Assembly: GCF_902652985.1 (NCBI RefSeq)
Contig: NC_047028.1
Location: 28,024,001 to 28,088,000 of the forward strand
Direction of reading: 5' to 3'
Source of the DNA: Pecten maximus
Taxonomy: Eukaryota
Length of the DNA: 64,000 nt
In this document: piece after piece, positions 39,875 to 50,977 of the stretch
How positions within the stretch are numbered: the stretch's first letter is position 1
How the letters are laid out: each line of letters starts with the position of its first letter
Notes under the pieces: model-generated
Database searches by the model: none
What the model saw: the letters and a program-made list of their open reading frames with translations, nothing else
What the model was told of the DNA's origin: nothing
Translations under genes and position numbers: made by a program

Positions 39875-42800
39875 GGTATGCTGTTGACCTTTTGTGGAAC
39901 TCACGGCGGCTTTGTACAAATTCAAAACGCCTCGATCCGCGACCGTTATGCACGCTATCTCCCAAATTCTGATTGGTCGTTTAAACAGGGATTGGGTCTG
40001 TGGTTATGGTCAGGTGTATAGCGGACTTATCCTATATATAAAGATGAGTATACGATCATTGTGTCAGGTCCCTGTGGTCAATTGACATCAAGGACAGTTT
40101 GTATACCAGTTCTATCCTAAAATAAGTACCTAAGGTTCACAAACATACTTCGGATGTGTTTTCATTTAATTAGCATTTATATTATGTACCTGGAAAATTA
40201 TTTCCGGCCTATACATACCAAATATATCATTTATTTTACAAACAAATACCCGTCTTTGTTCGAGATTCCTAAAACGTATCTACCCATAATGGGTGATTTT
40301 TATTTTTTTTTAGGAACAACCTTGTAATACACAAGTATTCATTCAAATGGATTTACAATATCTACATCCCCTTCATAGACACTATTCAAGTAAAACGTTT
40401 AAAAAGTTATTTAATGACAATCACCTACATATTTACAACCGCTTTACAACTTTTATATTATATGAACTTTGGTACAGTGTATGTTAACATAGATGGTTTA
40501 TATTTGTGTATGTATATATGTACTGTACCCATCCCTCATAAAACACGACGCCACCATGTTATGACACGTTCACACCAGACTGATTAATGAATTTGTCCCG
40601 AGGTGAGGACCTGACAGACCAATTTGATCTAAATTATTATTTTCGTGACACATTTAGTCATTTGAATACATCAAAGCAACACATTTTTTTTTGTGAAAAC
40701 AAGATTCAAAAATCAAGGGTTAACCTCATGAAGTATCGTCATAATCACGGACCCGAAGACGTGTTATGTACAGCCAGTGTATTTTATACCTAACTATTGC
40801 TTGATAAGAATAAGATTGAAAGGATATCTAACAGTGTCCTCAGTAATACCGAAATATTTAACTATTTCACTCGTGTGACTAACATTTTGATATTTTTCAC
40901 TCGTGCACGTGTGGGGCTAAAATATCTTGATATTTTTCACGAGTGAAAAATATTAAAATGTTAGCCTCCTGAGTGAAATATGTTAGATATTACTGAATAT
41001 ACTGTTGGATATTTCGTTTTGATTATACATTATTTTGTAACATCTTATAGCAAAATATCCTGGGACAGCTTTTAAGTTTTCTCTTTGTCGCTTGTAAGCA
41101 GTGCTTTAATTGGTCAAATCAGAAAAAAAGTGATATTGATATTTTTTCACAAGTGAAACATATCACTTTTGTGGAATAAATAATTTTCGATATTTCACTG
41201 GTAAACAATTAAATAACGAAAATACATATCCAACAAACTACAGTGTATAGGATATCCTTACATTGTACATGTAGTTCGCTAAAACTGACCAAAACGGTAG
41301 GCTCTAAAATTCTGACCGGTCTGATTTCTTCATACTGCGATAGTGGTCAGTTTTGCGGACTAGGATAGGTCGAATTCCGTACACATTGACCGGAGTAGAT
41401 TTTTATCCGATGGAATAAAGAAGAACTTGGATCGTTTAAGGTGGGATCTATGTATGGACCTACACTAACCTTACAATTATTGAAAATCGTATATTCCATG
41501 CTGACAATACTTGACACGAGTTCCTTCTAAACGCTTAATCAAACAATTCCGGGTATTTCTGTCTCACACCAATAAGCACATACATGTATAATACAATTAT
41601 ATATTCTGTTTGATAGTTATTTTAAATTTCAAGGCGAATTCCAGGAATGAAATAGGATATGTGGGATGCAGGATGTCAACTATTTAAATGAGATCTTCTA
41701 AGATAACTTAGATGTTGGCTTTAAATTATAGCTGTGTGTATAAATCATGTATATGCTTAATTGTGTGTGCATAATTAAAACTTACAAAAAGGCACGGGAA
41801 CTTGGCTTATTCTCAATTCTCTGTCCACACATGTGTAATCATTACTGTATTATATGTTATGGATCATGTGTTGGGATGTTTCTGACTATTTATACAACAT
41901 ATGCATGTAGATAATTTTGTTATATCATTAACAGTTTAACACCGGTATGTTTTCATGATGTAATATATATGTATGTGTGTGCATTACGTTTAGCTCTGTG
42001 ATATAATTTATCGTCTCGAAACCTTCATGGCTCGACAACATGTTGGTTATTGTTAACACATGAAAATCTCTCTATATATTAATGTATATATACTGTTCTT
42101 TGTTTACAGTATCTACTAATTCAAACTTGTATAACTGTAAATTACACGTTCTATGTCTGTATATATGTGATCATTTGTAATGTACTTGTGTCTTGATTAA
42201 AGAGTTAGATTGTCTCGAAAATTCGATAATTTGCTTGTCTGTTCTGTCGTTATTACTACATGACCAATGATATATATACAGTATATACATATTGGCACGT
42301 GTATGCTAACATTTTACACAGCGTCCCGTCTATTAAATAAAACTTAATTAGATCAAATAAAAAACGACACCGCCATTGTCGACTGCTCATGCCGTGAAAT
42401 TGTAAATACATTTACTTGAAAACTATTGTACCACAGTCCGTACTGGGGTCATTTATAGGGCCTATGTGTAGTAGAATTATATTTAAACATGAACACCTGC
42501 CTCTCGAACAGCATGTTATACAGTACAGTACGTACTGTACATGTAGGCTACCTGTCAATAAGCACCACGTGTATATTCGTAGTGTACCGCATAAAATATT
42601 AGTACATATAGCTTTAACTCACCCGAGCCATCCTGTTCCTGTGTGATGTAATTCTGGTTGTAATTCCCTCAACTATACAAGTGTATGTGTGTTTAAAACG
42701 TACACATGGTTTCAGAAGGTACACATATATATGGTACGCCACGCTGACACGTGTTATTGGACACAGCAGTGCTAGATATGTAGCAGGTTGTCTGCAAATC

Positions 42801-43087
42801 GTGCCGTGTAATACACACTGACAACACTGCCGTGTGTGGGAGTATAACGGAAGCGTTGACCAAGAGTACGTTCAGTATAACTCTATACTTAAATTATCTC
42901 AATTTGTCCAAAATAACACAATCCAATTTATTCCAACGTACACGGGAAGATGATTGCGACAAGTATGAACTATAATAATTTAATAACATTGACAGATTTT
43001 TATTTGAAATATGTATATTGATTTTGTTGAATCAAATAACTGTACAGGTGTGTAAACATCTTATTAACTAACTGTCAGTATATTAGA

Positions 43088-43355
43088 ATATCGTGTAAAA
43101 CACTCATGCAAATAAAACATTATAGGATTATCATGTGTTTTCTCCTGGACTGTATGTAAATATGTTATCAATTAAGTGTCACTTTATTACAATATCGTGT
43201 AAAACACTCATGCGTATAAAACATTATAGGTTTATCATGTGTTTTCTCCTGGACTGTATGTAAATATGTTATCAATTAAGTGTCACTTTATTACAATATC
43301 GTGTAAAACACTCATGCACATAAAATATTATAGGTTTATCATGTGTTTTCTCCTG
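43088..43355. repeat. ~104-bp tandem repeat, about 2.6 near-identical copies
   Basis: AATATCGTGTAAAACACTCATGC recurs at ~43088, 43191 and 43295. Confidence 0.9.
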
Positions 43356-44739
43356 TTTTTAAAGAAGTGGATGTGTCTGCATCAGCAGTTATAGTATTTA
43401 TAGCTAAAATATTAGCCCAGTCTCCTACCAAAGTAAGAGTATATATACATATGTAGGAACTAATAGTTTGTCTTGGTACGCCATGTACTTACCAGCTTGT
43501 CTCATATGCTGATAGCCTTTCACCACTTTCGATGCCATCCTTGATGTGATTTCAATTAATAGTCATATTATAATCATAATCATCATCTTTTCTTTCTTTC
43601 TTTTCTTTTATGTAGGAATTCAAAATTTAAGATCCTTCGACGGCATCATAGTTTTAAAATTCTTTGTATTTCTTGATTAAGAACCTTTATCGAAGTGTTA
43701 ATTATTGTCGATCTATCCTGTTATCATACCAATTTATACATGTAGTTATAATACCCCGTGATTCTGTTGTCACCAACTCGGTTCTTATTTTGAGAGCGTA
43801 GCATTTATTGTATACATACATAGCTTCACACGGGGAATGTCATGACAATGAAGTACGGATCAAGATTCTATGATGGACAGATTTACTTGGAAAACCATAC
43901 CTCTTCGCTCTCTCCGACGGCATTCTGATCAATCAGATCTGGAGTTAGCCTACTTCCTTTCGTTTTATAAATTGAAGCCGATGGGGCCGAGAATGTGCCC
44001 GACGAACATGTATCTAGAGCACATGTCGAGACACCAATAACATAATATAACGTTCATGTTCAAATTATAAGCCATCTTTAAAAAAAATAACCTATTGTGA
44101 TATACCACAATATTTTCCAATTTAGTTTAAATAATATTTTATTGGGTATCCAACCATATTACACATAAATTTTGTGTATATATCAATATGGGATTGGAAA
44201 ATAAGGTTAGATGTTATATGTATTGATTTCCCAGGTACATCGAAAGGCAAATGAATCTATGTACGGAAATTGAAACACCTTGTTTCAATGTGGACTGAAA
44301 ATAATGAGTTAAACAATTAACGATTACATATATATGCACGTGTGATGAATAGAATTACTCGTAAACAAGATTCGCGATGTCTTTTAACTGTTATAAATCA
44401 TTTGAAGTGAATAACGTTGCTATTATACAAGAAAGCGATACTCTTTACAAATAGCGAAGTTTTGATTTATATCAATTGTTGGATACCCCGTAAATGGGAA
44501 AAAATCACCGACTCTTAATTATCTTTTTTTCATGGTATTCCGTGGAATTTCTCAAATTCTATCAATCAATAGGATTTCCGTTTCAAATATATATTATTTT
44601 TCAATTATTCAATTGGATTATTGTAGAAAATATTAATTCCAAAGTCGTCCAGACACGCCTACGACAAACGGACCGGGAACAGCTCAAGACTACAAGATTT
44701 CACCTTCACCGAATATTACCAAGTACACGTCAGTGGAGT

Positions 44740-44811
44740 GATTTGATTGGTCCAAAATATAAACATCGCCAACATGGCTGCGCCCATGTTCCTACTTTCA
44801 CATTGGATGAT
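44740..44811 (+). promoter_or_regulatory. Candidate RHBDD1 promoter and non-coding first exon
   Basis: Reverse CCAAT (GATTGG ~44745), YY1-like CCAACATGGC (~44769) and donor GAT|gtaagt at 44812. The coding exon has its own acceptor at 46834, so an upstream exon is required. Confidence 0.5.
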
Positions 44812-44981
44812 GTAAGTCTTTGCTGACGGTGAAAACTGTGGAAATAATTCAAGTCATCCTTATTGGATTACGGAAGTGATTTGAAATTGAGAAATAATCA
44901 GGAGCAACTGCGTGTTTAATGGCCAATATTTTGCTTTAAACACGCATAATCGTGTTTCGGTAATATATACATAGTGTCTAG

Positions 44982-45357
44982 TGTAGTAGGATTGGAAAAA
45001 TGCACGGCCAGACCGGGGTTCGAACCCGGGACCTCCGAACACTAGCCGGATGCTCTACCGATTGAGCTACCTGGTCGCCGACGATCGACCCGGTCCAGTT
45101 CCGCTACACTCTTCCCTCCCTTTTTTTTAAAGTCTTCGACCCGAAGACTTCACAACTCACAACCCAGGTTCGGGTATCCCCTTGTCAAGTATTCACCTTA
45201 CTTGAAACAAGGTTTGGCCACAGGCACCAAATGTAGTAGGATTGGAAAAATGCACGGCCAGACCGGGGTTCGAACCCGGGACCCGGGACCTCCGAACACT
45301 AGCCGGATGCTCTACCGATTGAGCTACCGACGATCGACCCGGTCCAGTTCCGCTACA
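44982..45357 (-). mobile_element. TRIM with tRNA-derived LTRs, copy 2
   Basis: LTRs 45232-45357 (5') and 44982-45108 (3'), each TGTAG...CTACA. PBS-like TGGTGCCTGTGGCC, PPT A8GGGAGGGAAGAG, flanks CTAG/ATAG (4-bp TSD, one mismatch). Internal region homologous to copy 1. Confidence 0.92.
45006..45077 (-). ncRNA. tRNA-Thr(AGT)-like cloverleaf embedded in the TRIM LTR (not called as a bona fide tRNA gene)
   Basis: D arm GCTC-AATCGGTA-GAGC, anticodon arm TCCGG-CTAGTGT-TCGGA, T arm with GGTTCGAAC, acceptor GACCAGG/TCTGGCC with one mismatch. Confidence 0.6.
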
Positions 45358-45399
45358 ATAGAGTCTTGTTATTAGCTGATTAGGACTAGCTGTTTGTGT

Positions 45400-45463
45400 T
45401 AGCACTAGTTTCCTCTGGTCCTGACACCAGACATGGTGTCATGGCCAAAGGAAACTCGGACTA
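45400..45463. mobile_element. 64-bp hairpin MITE with 9-bp TSD (same family as 39799)
   Basis: TAG...GTTTCCTCTGGTCCTGACACCA..TGGTGTCATGGCCAAAGGAAACTCGGACTA flanked by TGTTTGTGT at 45391-45399 and 45464-45472. Confidence 0.85.
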
Positions 45464-45606
45464 TGTTTGTGTTAGATCCACTTTCTATTGTTAATTTGGG
45501 CAGATCAAAAACTTTTAAATAGTTATAAATAAGAAATTCTGTAATAAATGTAACTGTTGTCACACATAATTTATTCAATTGTTTGATTCTTGTGTCGAGG
45601 TATATG

Positions 45607-45666
45607 TAGCCCGAATTTCCTCTGGCCCTGACACCACTACACCAGACATGATGGAAACTCGGGCTA
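45607..45666. mobile_element. 60-bp member of the same hairpin MITE family; TSD not evident
   Basis: TAGCCCGAATTTCCTCTGGCCCTGACACCA...GGAAACTCGGGCTA. Confidence 0.75.
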
Positions 45667-46986
45667 GTGTAAGGGCCCCGGATCTTAATTGGCCCTCTTC
45701 TGGCAATGAACTTAACTAATTAGTATAAGCTTTCAGCTTGAATTGTTTTCCAATCCTATATATGTTTATATGATTTGTATTGTGATGTTATGTGTAAGTA
45801 TACTTGAATAATAATAAAATATTGTTTAAAATAATCTAATAAAGTTAGCTTTACTTAACATTACTGGAAGCTCATCTTTCATATAGTCCATTGCACATGA
45901 ACATGATTTTGACACTAGGGTACCACACTGGACAGTGAGTTTGTCTCAAGCTCAGACCACAGGGGTTTGTAATGAATGATAATGATAATGCAGTGATAAT
46001 CCAAAATAGGATTATATGTTTATATTAGTCTCAACTCTGTTTTGAATTATGAAATATATTGCAGACTCCTGGAAGCTACGATGTAGCTGGCTAGTGTCTT
46101 GAGCTCTCATGGACATATATTGTGTCAGTCTGTGAATTTAATTGCTTCCTAATGGAGCTAAAGGAGTCGGGTAACCTCCGCACTTATTCAGTTCATCACA
46201 TTGAGCTCTGCATGGAAAATATGTACCTAAGTACCGACTTTTCTTCAAAAAGTGGCGAAAATGAAAATACTGAGGTGTCCATGTGGTGAAAATATAAGAT
46301 TTTCGATTTGAGGGGAAAAACTTAATCAGGAAAGAGGGAATAGTGTAACAGAGAGCAATGTCATCCGAACTACCGGTACTGTAGGACAGGCTGGTGTTGG
46401 GAATTTCTCTTTCCTGTAGTGTTACAATGTCTTGTATAGAGAACCATGCAGTTAGAGATCTAAACCTGATATATAATACAATATTAACTCTATCAGGCTG
46501 TTGAGAATTTCCTGTTAGCCTGTATGTACATTATGTACATGTATAGCCTGAAAGATTTTTTTAGTCAAATGTTAATGCTGTGCTTTGAAATTGGAATAAT
46601 GTCTAATATTGTTTGTTTTTGTTTCTGTTTTTTGTTGTTTTTTTTTTTTTCAAATATTGTAACACTTTTGACCTAAGATAAATCATACTTTAATTTAGCT
46701 TCATTTCCATCAAAATGGGAGAAGGGGCACACAATGTACATGTTATATGTATTATTCACAAACTTATTTAGTGTTTTCTTCATTTGGATAAATTTACTTC
46801 TGTGTTTAATATATAATATTGTGTCTTATTTCAGAAAGCAGAGCATTTGTGTACATTCAATCTGGATGAAGAAGGTTGAACTGCTTTAGGAAGTAGAAGA
46901 AACAATACTGATTAAGACAGTGTACTTCCACAACTAATACAACATACTACTACATTCTGCATTTGGTTCAGCACAATTAAGGAACT

Positions 46987-47446
46987 ATGTTTGCTGGGCG
47001 AAGACGTGGTGGTCAGGGCAATTTGGGAGTCCTACTGCTGGGAGCCCAAATGATGAGGATGGGGATCCATACTATCCCTGCTGTCACCTTGGCAACTGTG
47101 GTTCTACAGGTTGCTATATTCCTTCAGTTGGGCGACCTTCCAAGGTGGTTTGGTCCTCCCCGGAGTGTCTGTATGAGTGCTTACAAGGTTTGGTATAAAG
47201 GAAACTGGAAACTTTTGATACTGGCCTCTCTTACACATGCAGATGATATACATCTATACTACAATATGGCATCAATGCTGTGGAAAGGGAAACAACTGGA
47301 AAACAGATTTAAAAGCTTGTACTTTGCTTTTCTTTTAGCTGTATTCACAATACTTTGTGGCGTCGTCCTAATAGGTCTGAATATGGCTTTGACTTTTTTC
47401 ACTGATGACCAGTCGTACGAGTTAACATGTGCAGTTGGATTCTCAG
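46987..47446 (+). CDS. RHBDD1: Rhomboid-related protein 4 (RHBDL4), first coding exon (exon starts at 46835)
   Basis: Translates M..RRRG...LGVLLL..IPAVTLAT..HADDIHLYYNMASMLWKG..LE..CAVGFS(G), including the catalytic GFSG. Donor G|gtaaat. Confidence 0.95.
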
Positions 47447-47479
47447 GTAAATATTCCAAAGAGTGAGTGAGCTTCTGAT

Positions 47480-48020
47480 ACAGAGCTGTGCTAGTCATCC
47501 ATCTGTTCTCTGCCCAGCATCAACTTTTCCCTTAAACAATTTCTGCCCATGGTACTGATATTGGGCCTGTATCATGTTGTAATGAAGGGCTACAAAGCTT
47601 AAATTGTTCTAATAAAAACATGACCTCAATTTGCTTTCAAGGTCACAGGGTCATATGTGGTCAAATCTTCAAATAGCTATTTTCTCAATAACAAAAAGGA
47701 CCAGGGTACTGATATTGGACCTGTATTAAGCTAGGATAAAGGGTTACCAAAGGTGTTCAAATGAATGACCTTGACCTGCTTTCAAGGTCACGGATAAAAT
47801 GACTATAAATCTAAAACCAAATTTCCCCAATGACAAAACACCCATGCAGTGTGCTGATATTTGGCCCGTTACATGCAGGGATAAAGTGGTACCAAGTTAG
47901 TTTAAAGGAATGACCTTGACCAACTTTCAAGGTCACAGAGTCATGTATTCAGATATTTAAATGACTTCTTTTCAAATACCAAAATGCCTTAGCCCCCGAT
48001 ATAAGGCCACTAACATGCTG
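47480..48020. mobile_element. Decayed HINE-type central repeat array in an RHBDD1 intron
   Basis: Three ~140-bp units containing TGACCTTGACC..TTTCAAGGTCACAG and CTGATATTGGGCC. Confidence 0.55.
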
Positions 48021-48199
48021 AGAAAACTATATTTATTAAGTGATTTAGCTTAACCCACTTATAAGATCACTTTGTGCAAATGTGATAAAGTCTTTAAAAA
48101 AAATTTAGGGTCTTTAATATAAGTTTTTAAAGATAAGGGTACCTGATCAAAGCTGACAGTTTTACACATGACACTTTCCTTGAATTTTGTATCTTACAG

Positions 48200-48349
48200 G
48201 TGTGCTGTTTGCCCTGAAAGTACTGGTGAGCTACTACAGTCCCCGAGGGACCCAGTACATATTGGGTTTCATCCCTGTTCCTACCCGCCATGTCTTCTGG
48301 GCAGAACTGGTCCTCATACAAATCATAACGCCACATGCATCATTTACAG
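48200..48349 (+). CDS. RHBDD1: RHBDL4 coding exon 2
   Basis: ttacag|GT ... G|gtaggg. Translates GVLFALKV...WAELVLIQIITPHASFT. Confidence 0.95.
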
Positions 48350-48783
48350 GTAGGGAGTGTGAGATTTTTTACCCCTTTAATATTCTTGATAATTATTTTA
48401 GTCATGTAAACATGACATTTGAATTTAACAGTGTATACTAGCAGCATTACAATTCAATTCCAAACTATACACAGCATACATGTATGTATATTATATTGAT
48501 CCATGTAACATATACTTTTCACATTAAATGAAAGAAAGGTGTAAGTGTCATGAACTTACAGCGTAATACATAGAGTGTACTGTTTCAATACTGACAATTC
48601 TAATTTGCTCAAAGTCAATTAATTGATTTTAGTATCTAATGCAGAAGCTCTATTTGCGAGAATTATTGGGAAGAAGTATAGTAGCCATGCATGATTGGCT
48701 GACAGCAGACTTGCTCTAGGGATCTACAAAATATTTTGACTTCAGAACCCTGAGTTGTATATTAACATGTATTTGTAATTTAG

Positions 48784-48864
48784 GACACCTGGCAGGAATT
48801 CTGGTTGGTCTACTGTACATAAAAGGACCGCTGAAGACCCTCATGGATAGCTTTGTACCCACAG
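48784..48864 (+). CDS. RHBDD1: RHBDL4 coding exon 3 (catalytic His)
   Basis: ttag|GA ... G|gtatat. Translates GHLAGILVGLLYIKGPLK. Confidence 0.95.
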
Positions 48865-49532
48865 GTATATACAGAATGATATGTATTACAATACCTGTAT
48901 ATGTATATATCTAAATGACAGAAAAACGAAAATGATTTCTGCAATGATTACACTGTTAGCAGTGCCTCAATCAAGGTTACTAGTATATACTGTAGCAGGG
49001 ATTTGAGGAATACAGCTGCCCATTATGAAATTTGGGGGAAATAAAGGCCTTAAGTGTCTTAAATTATTCTTTAAACTTTAACATTTTTCAGCTATTCTTT
49101 GCTACAATTCTTACATATTTCATGAAAATTTTGGGGGATTTCCCTCGTTTTGGATAATTTTCTCCTGTTTTATGTGATTTTTTCTTGATGGGGAATTCAT
49201 TTTTATTCAAAGGGAAGAACAGTATGATCAGTGGCGAATACTACTGGTTCCTAATTTCGGTAGTAAGGTCGGTCTCAGTTAACCTCTGTGAAGGTCAAAG
49301 TCTCTTCATATCAATAGAAAATCATTTCTACCTCACTTGGATTCCCCAGCAATGTTAATGAACTGTTTGATTAAACTAGAATTTCTGAAAGAATTTTTTT
49401 TTGTTTAAACTGACCAAAACTCATTGTTCTCTTTATAATTTCACTAGTCGTTAACAAAACTGTTAAAACATTTACCAGCAATACATATGTTATCTTGAAA
49501 TATACAAACAAGATGTCTGCCTGCTGTTTCAG

Positions 49533-49601
49533 CACCTTCCTACACATACACTGCCCAGAGAAGTGGCTACAATGCCAGGCATTCATATGGATCAGGACCT
49601 G
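49533..49601 (+). CDS. RHBDD1: RHBDL4 coding exon 4
   Basis: tttcag|CA ... G|gtaagt, 69 nt, phase 1-1. Translates APSYTYTAQRSGYNARHSYGSGP. Confidence 0.75.
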
Positions 49602-50227
49602 GTAAGTATTGGTTGTCATAGTTAAACAACAACAGATTTGATTATTGGTCTGGTCAGGGTAAGTTTTGGTTGTCATAGTTACACAACACCAGGCTTGAGT
49701 TAGGTCCTGGTAAGTATTGGTCGTCATAGTTACACAGCACCCGGTATATATAATTACAGATTTGATCCTGGTAAGTATTGGTTATCATGGCAACACTTCC
49801 TAGAAGAACCGAGGGATCTTATAAATGACCTATAGGAACATTTTCTGTAGGGGTATCTTCATGCAAAATATTGAGTTTGATTGAATATTCAAGATGGCCA
49901 CCAGTGGTTGTCACCATTATTACTGCATGACTACTGAAAGGATCTTCCGGGTATCCCTGGAGCTAAAGTGTACTGTAGGTCATGCATGTTTTTGTTTTAT
50001 TCCATTTTATTTGTTGTTAAAAATGATCACCTCTTAATAATACCACATGTGTCTACATCTGGTTAGTGTTTATAGAAATAATATTAGCCCCTACTCCTAC
50101 TAAATCAACAAGGTGTAACACTTGCCTCATTTTCAACTTCATAATTATAAGAAATTTATTAGGAATGATGTATTTTCACTTGGATGATTTTCAATTCATG
50201 ACTTGACTAAATCATTCCTCTAAATAG

Positions 50228-50425
50228 GTCAAAGATCTGGCTACAGAGATCCAAACCAACAGCCTCGGGGGACACCTAGAGGATATGGCTGGAATGTAGA
50301 TGGGAATGCCCCTGGGGAAGGGGACAACGCCCCAGGGGGAAGGGACTACAGTTACTACACAGGGGGACTCAGCGAGGAGGAGCAGACAAGACAAGCCACA
50401 GAGCAGAGTCTCAATCGGAACAGAG
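50228..50425 (+). CDS. RHBDD1: RHBDL4 coding exon 5 (UIM-like motif)
   Basis: atag|GT ... G|gtaac, 198 nt. Ends YTGGLSEEEQTRQATEQSLNRNR. Confidence 0.9.
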
Positions 50426-50906
50426 GTAACAATTATTAGTCTGAAATTGAAGCAACTGAGGCCGAGGAAAAATAGAATCTTGGACTTTGGTTTAGGACTT
50501 GTCAATTTCGAATAGTCAATAAATGGTTTACGGATGCTGGGGCTTTGCATTGAAGTTCCCCTTTTGATTGGTACTGTAACAGTTATGATATCGTGTAAAT
50601 TTATTTAAAATTTTCTTTGTTAGGCAACATAGCTTAACAGATAAGTAATATTGAGACAAACAGCATATGCATTTAGTTTATGTGAGGGTGTACATCATTT
50701 TGGAGATTAGAAGGGGAGGGTTGGTGGCGTTTATGAGCATGAATGTGGGGTATATATTATGCACCTAGTAGCTAGCACATAAATTGCCACAAATATAATC
50801 AAACTAATAGATTTTACATTTTAAAGTATAAATACATAGTGTGAAAATATTAAGCTTTGACACCGAAACTTAACATTGTAAAATCTGTGTATTTAACATT
50901 TAATAG

Positions 50907-50977
50907 GTGAAAACCAGGAGAGGCTGTACCCAGATTTAGAAGATTTACGACAGAGACGTCAGAACAGATACCAATGA
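50907..50977 (+). CDS. RHBDD1: RHBDL4 terminal exon (VCP/p97-binding-motif-like)
   Basis: atag|GT acceptor. Translates GENQERLYPDLEDLRQRRQNRYQ*. Total spliced CDS is 1029 nt (342 aa). Confidence 0.88.

Noticed and set aside
50300-50515. Listed 71-aa ORF as the RHBDD1 exon frame
   Set aside because: Wrong frame. The spliced phase-1 frame encodes the UIM-like motif instead.
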